A stretch of 64,000 bases of DNA. Origin: Escherichia coli. Its GTDB lineage: Bacteria; Pseudomonadota; Gammaproteobacteria; Enterobacterales; Enterobacteriaceae. The notes below the pieces were generated by a model that was not told where the DNA came from, searched no databases, and saw only the letters and a program-made list of their open reading frames with translations. Numbering within the stretch: the stretch's first letter is position 1; each line of letters begins with the position of its first letter. Location of the stretch: NCBI RefSeq assembly GCF_041248615.1, contig NZ_CP158426.1; one strand, 5' to 3'. Positions 63,099 through 64,000 of this stretch are shown one piece after another. The translations under genes and the position numbers were made by a program.

Positions 63099-64000
63099 GT
63101 GCGGATATTACTTCGACCTGTTCTGGTACCGGAACTCGGGCTGGTGGTCCTTAGGCCGGGCCGTGAATCCATGCAAGTATTTCATAACCCTCGAGTGCTG
63201 GTGGAGCCTGAACCGAAAAGCATGCGCGGTCTGCCGTCCGGAGTCGTCCCTGCCGTTCGCCAGCCGCTGGCGGAGGATAAATCATTACTGCCATTTTTCA
63301 GCGATGAGCGGGTGATTCGTGCTGCTGGCGGCGCTGGGGCACTGTCTGACTGGCTGTTGCGTCATGTCAAATCCTGCCAGTGGCCTCATGGTGACTATCA
63401 TCACAGTGAAATCGTCATACATCGTTACGGTACCGGCGCGATGGTGTTGTGCTGGCACTGCGACAACCAGTTGCGTGACCAGACATCCGAATCACTCGGG
63501 CAACTTGCTCATCAAAACCTGTCAGCATGGATGATTGACGTCATACGCCATGCAATGAATGGCACGCAGGAGCGGGAATTGTCGCTGGCTGAATTATCCT
63601 GGTGGGCGGTCTGCAATCAGGTGGCGGACGCGCTTCCGGAGGCAGTATTACGTCGTTCTCTGGGGTTACGTGCGGAAAAAATCCGCTCCTTGTACCGCGA
63701 AAGCGACATCGTACTGGGAGAGCAGACCGCCACCAGCATACTGAAGCAGCGCACAAAAAATCTTGCGCCGTTGCCTCATGCCCACCAGCAAAACCCGCCA
63801 CAGGAAAAGACGGTGGTCAGCATTGCCGTTGATCCGGAGTCACCGGCTCAGTATCTCCAGCGCCAGAAACCACAACGGGAAGAGATGCCTGTATACACGC
63901 GTTGGGTAAAAACGCAGAAATGCATGACGTGCGGTAATCAGGCAGATGATCCGCATCACATCATTGGTCATGGACTGGGAGGGATGGGAACAAAGGCTGA
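63099..64000 (+). CDS. ydfU: DUF968 (YdfU-like) protein, 5' part; it runs off the window and is absent from the ORF track
   Basis: The frame is open from GTG 63099 (GGAGG upstream) to position 64000. It reads VRILLRPVLVPELG...CQWPHGDYHHSEIVIHRYGTGAMVLCWHCDNQL...KCMTCGNQADDPHHIIGHGLGGMGTKA, the DUF968 Cys/His pattern. Confidence 0.75.
   Translation, partial: MRILLRPVLVPELGLVVLRPGRESMQVFHNPRVLVEPEPKSMRGLPSGVVPAVRQPLAEDKSLLPFFSDERVIRAAGGAGALSDWLLRHVKSCQWPHGDYHHSEIVIHRYGTGAMVLCWHCDNQLRDQTSESLGQLAHQNLSAWMIDVIRHAMNGTQERELSLAELSWWAVCNQVADALPEAVLRRSLGLRAEKIRSLYRESDIVLGEQTATSILKQRTKNLAPLPHAHQQNPPQEKTVVSIAVDPESPAQYLQRQKPQREEMPVYTRWVKTQKCMTCGNQADDPHHIIGHGLGGMGTKA

Larger units (their letters stand above)
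51013..64000 (+). mobile_element. lambdoid (Qin-like) prophage integrated at tRNA-Ser, left arm; it continues beyond the window
   Basis: The int gene is adjacent to the tRNA 3' end. It is followed by a xis-like gene, an exonuclease, the dicB/DicF/ydfABC genes, the immunity region, replication genes, hok, and DUF968. Confidence 0.85.

Noticed and set aside
1-64000. Search for CRISPR arrays, rRNA genes, retron-like RT/ncRNA pairs and integron attC sites
   Set aside because: I saw no regularly spaced 25-40-bp repeats with unique spacers, no rRNA-like sequence, and no reverse-transcriptase or IntI-type ORF. The only tandem repeats are the 7-bp, 6-bp and 12-bp arrays reported above.

Overview
This is an E. 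coli-like enterobacterial chromosome segment around the asnT-mtfA-serU hot spot, and almost all of it is accessory DNA. Only mtfA (50032-50829) and the two tRNA genes look like core genome.

(1) 314-6440: an AT-rich, translationally coupled four-gene operon. It encodes a ComEC-type metallo-beta-lactamase hydrolase, a trypsin-like serine protease with a large C-terminal domain, a 183-aa protein, and a 1045-aa Rad50/SMC-like ABC ATPase with a CxxC motif at the exact midpoint of its coiled coil. This is the best candidate for an uncharacterised anti-phage/anti-plasmid system, with ABC-3C or Lamassu-like logic and two effectors.

(2) 6.5-20 kb: a mosaic of cargo.
- gene remnants
- a UbiD/UbiX/DUF554 decarboxylase operon with a LysR regulator
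- a (AAACCCC)n G4-type repeat upstream of ardC
- a decayed integrase
- a low-GC glycosyltransferase module that includes a GT25 / P-loop / GH16 fusion
- an hchA paralog with an intact IS2 (5-bp target duplication) inserted 81 bp upstream

(3) 20.3-49.9 kb: an ICE integrated at tRNA-Asn, with a P4-type integrase.
- a CloDF13-like mobB/mobC mobilisation module and an oriT-like repeat region
- a complete virB1-virB11 type IV secretion cluster
- traR, alpA
- cargo of two porins, an amidase, a Fur-box-preceded MFS plus ABC iron-uptake locus, and a LuxR solo

(4) 51.0-64.0 kb: the left part of a Qin-like lambdoid prophage integrated at tRNA-Ser.
- int, xis-like gene, exonuclease
- ydfD-dicB-DicF-ydfCBA
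- an immunity region with five TACC-N4-GGTA operators
- ydaS/ydaT-like genes
- a replication gene with internal iterons
- an antisense FRG-domain moron
- hok/mok, a lipoprotein moron, and a DUF968 gene running off the window

No rRNA genes and no CRISPR arrays were seen.
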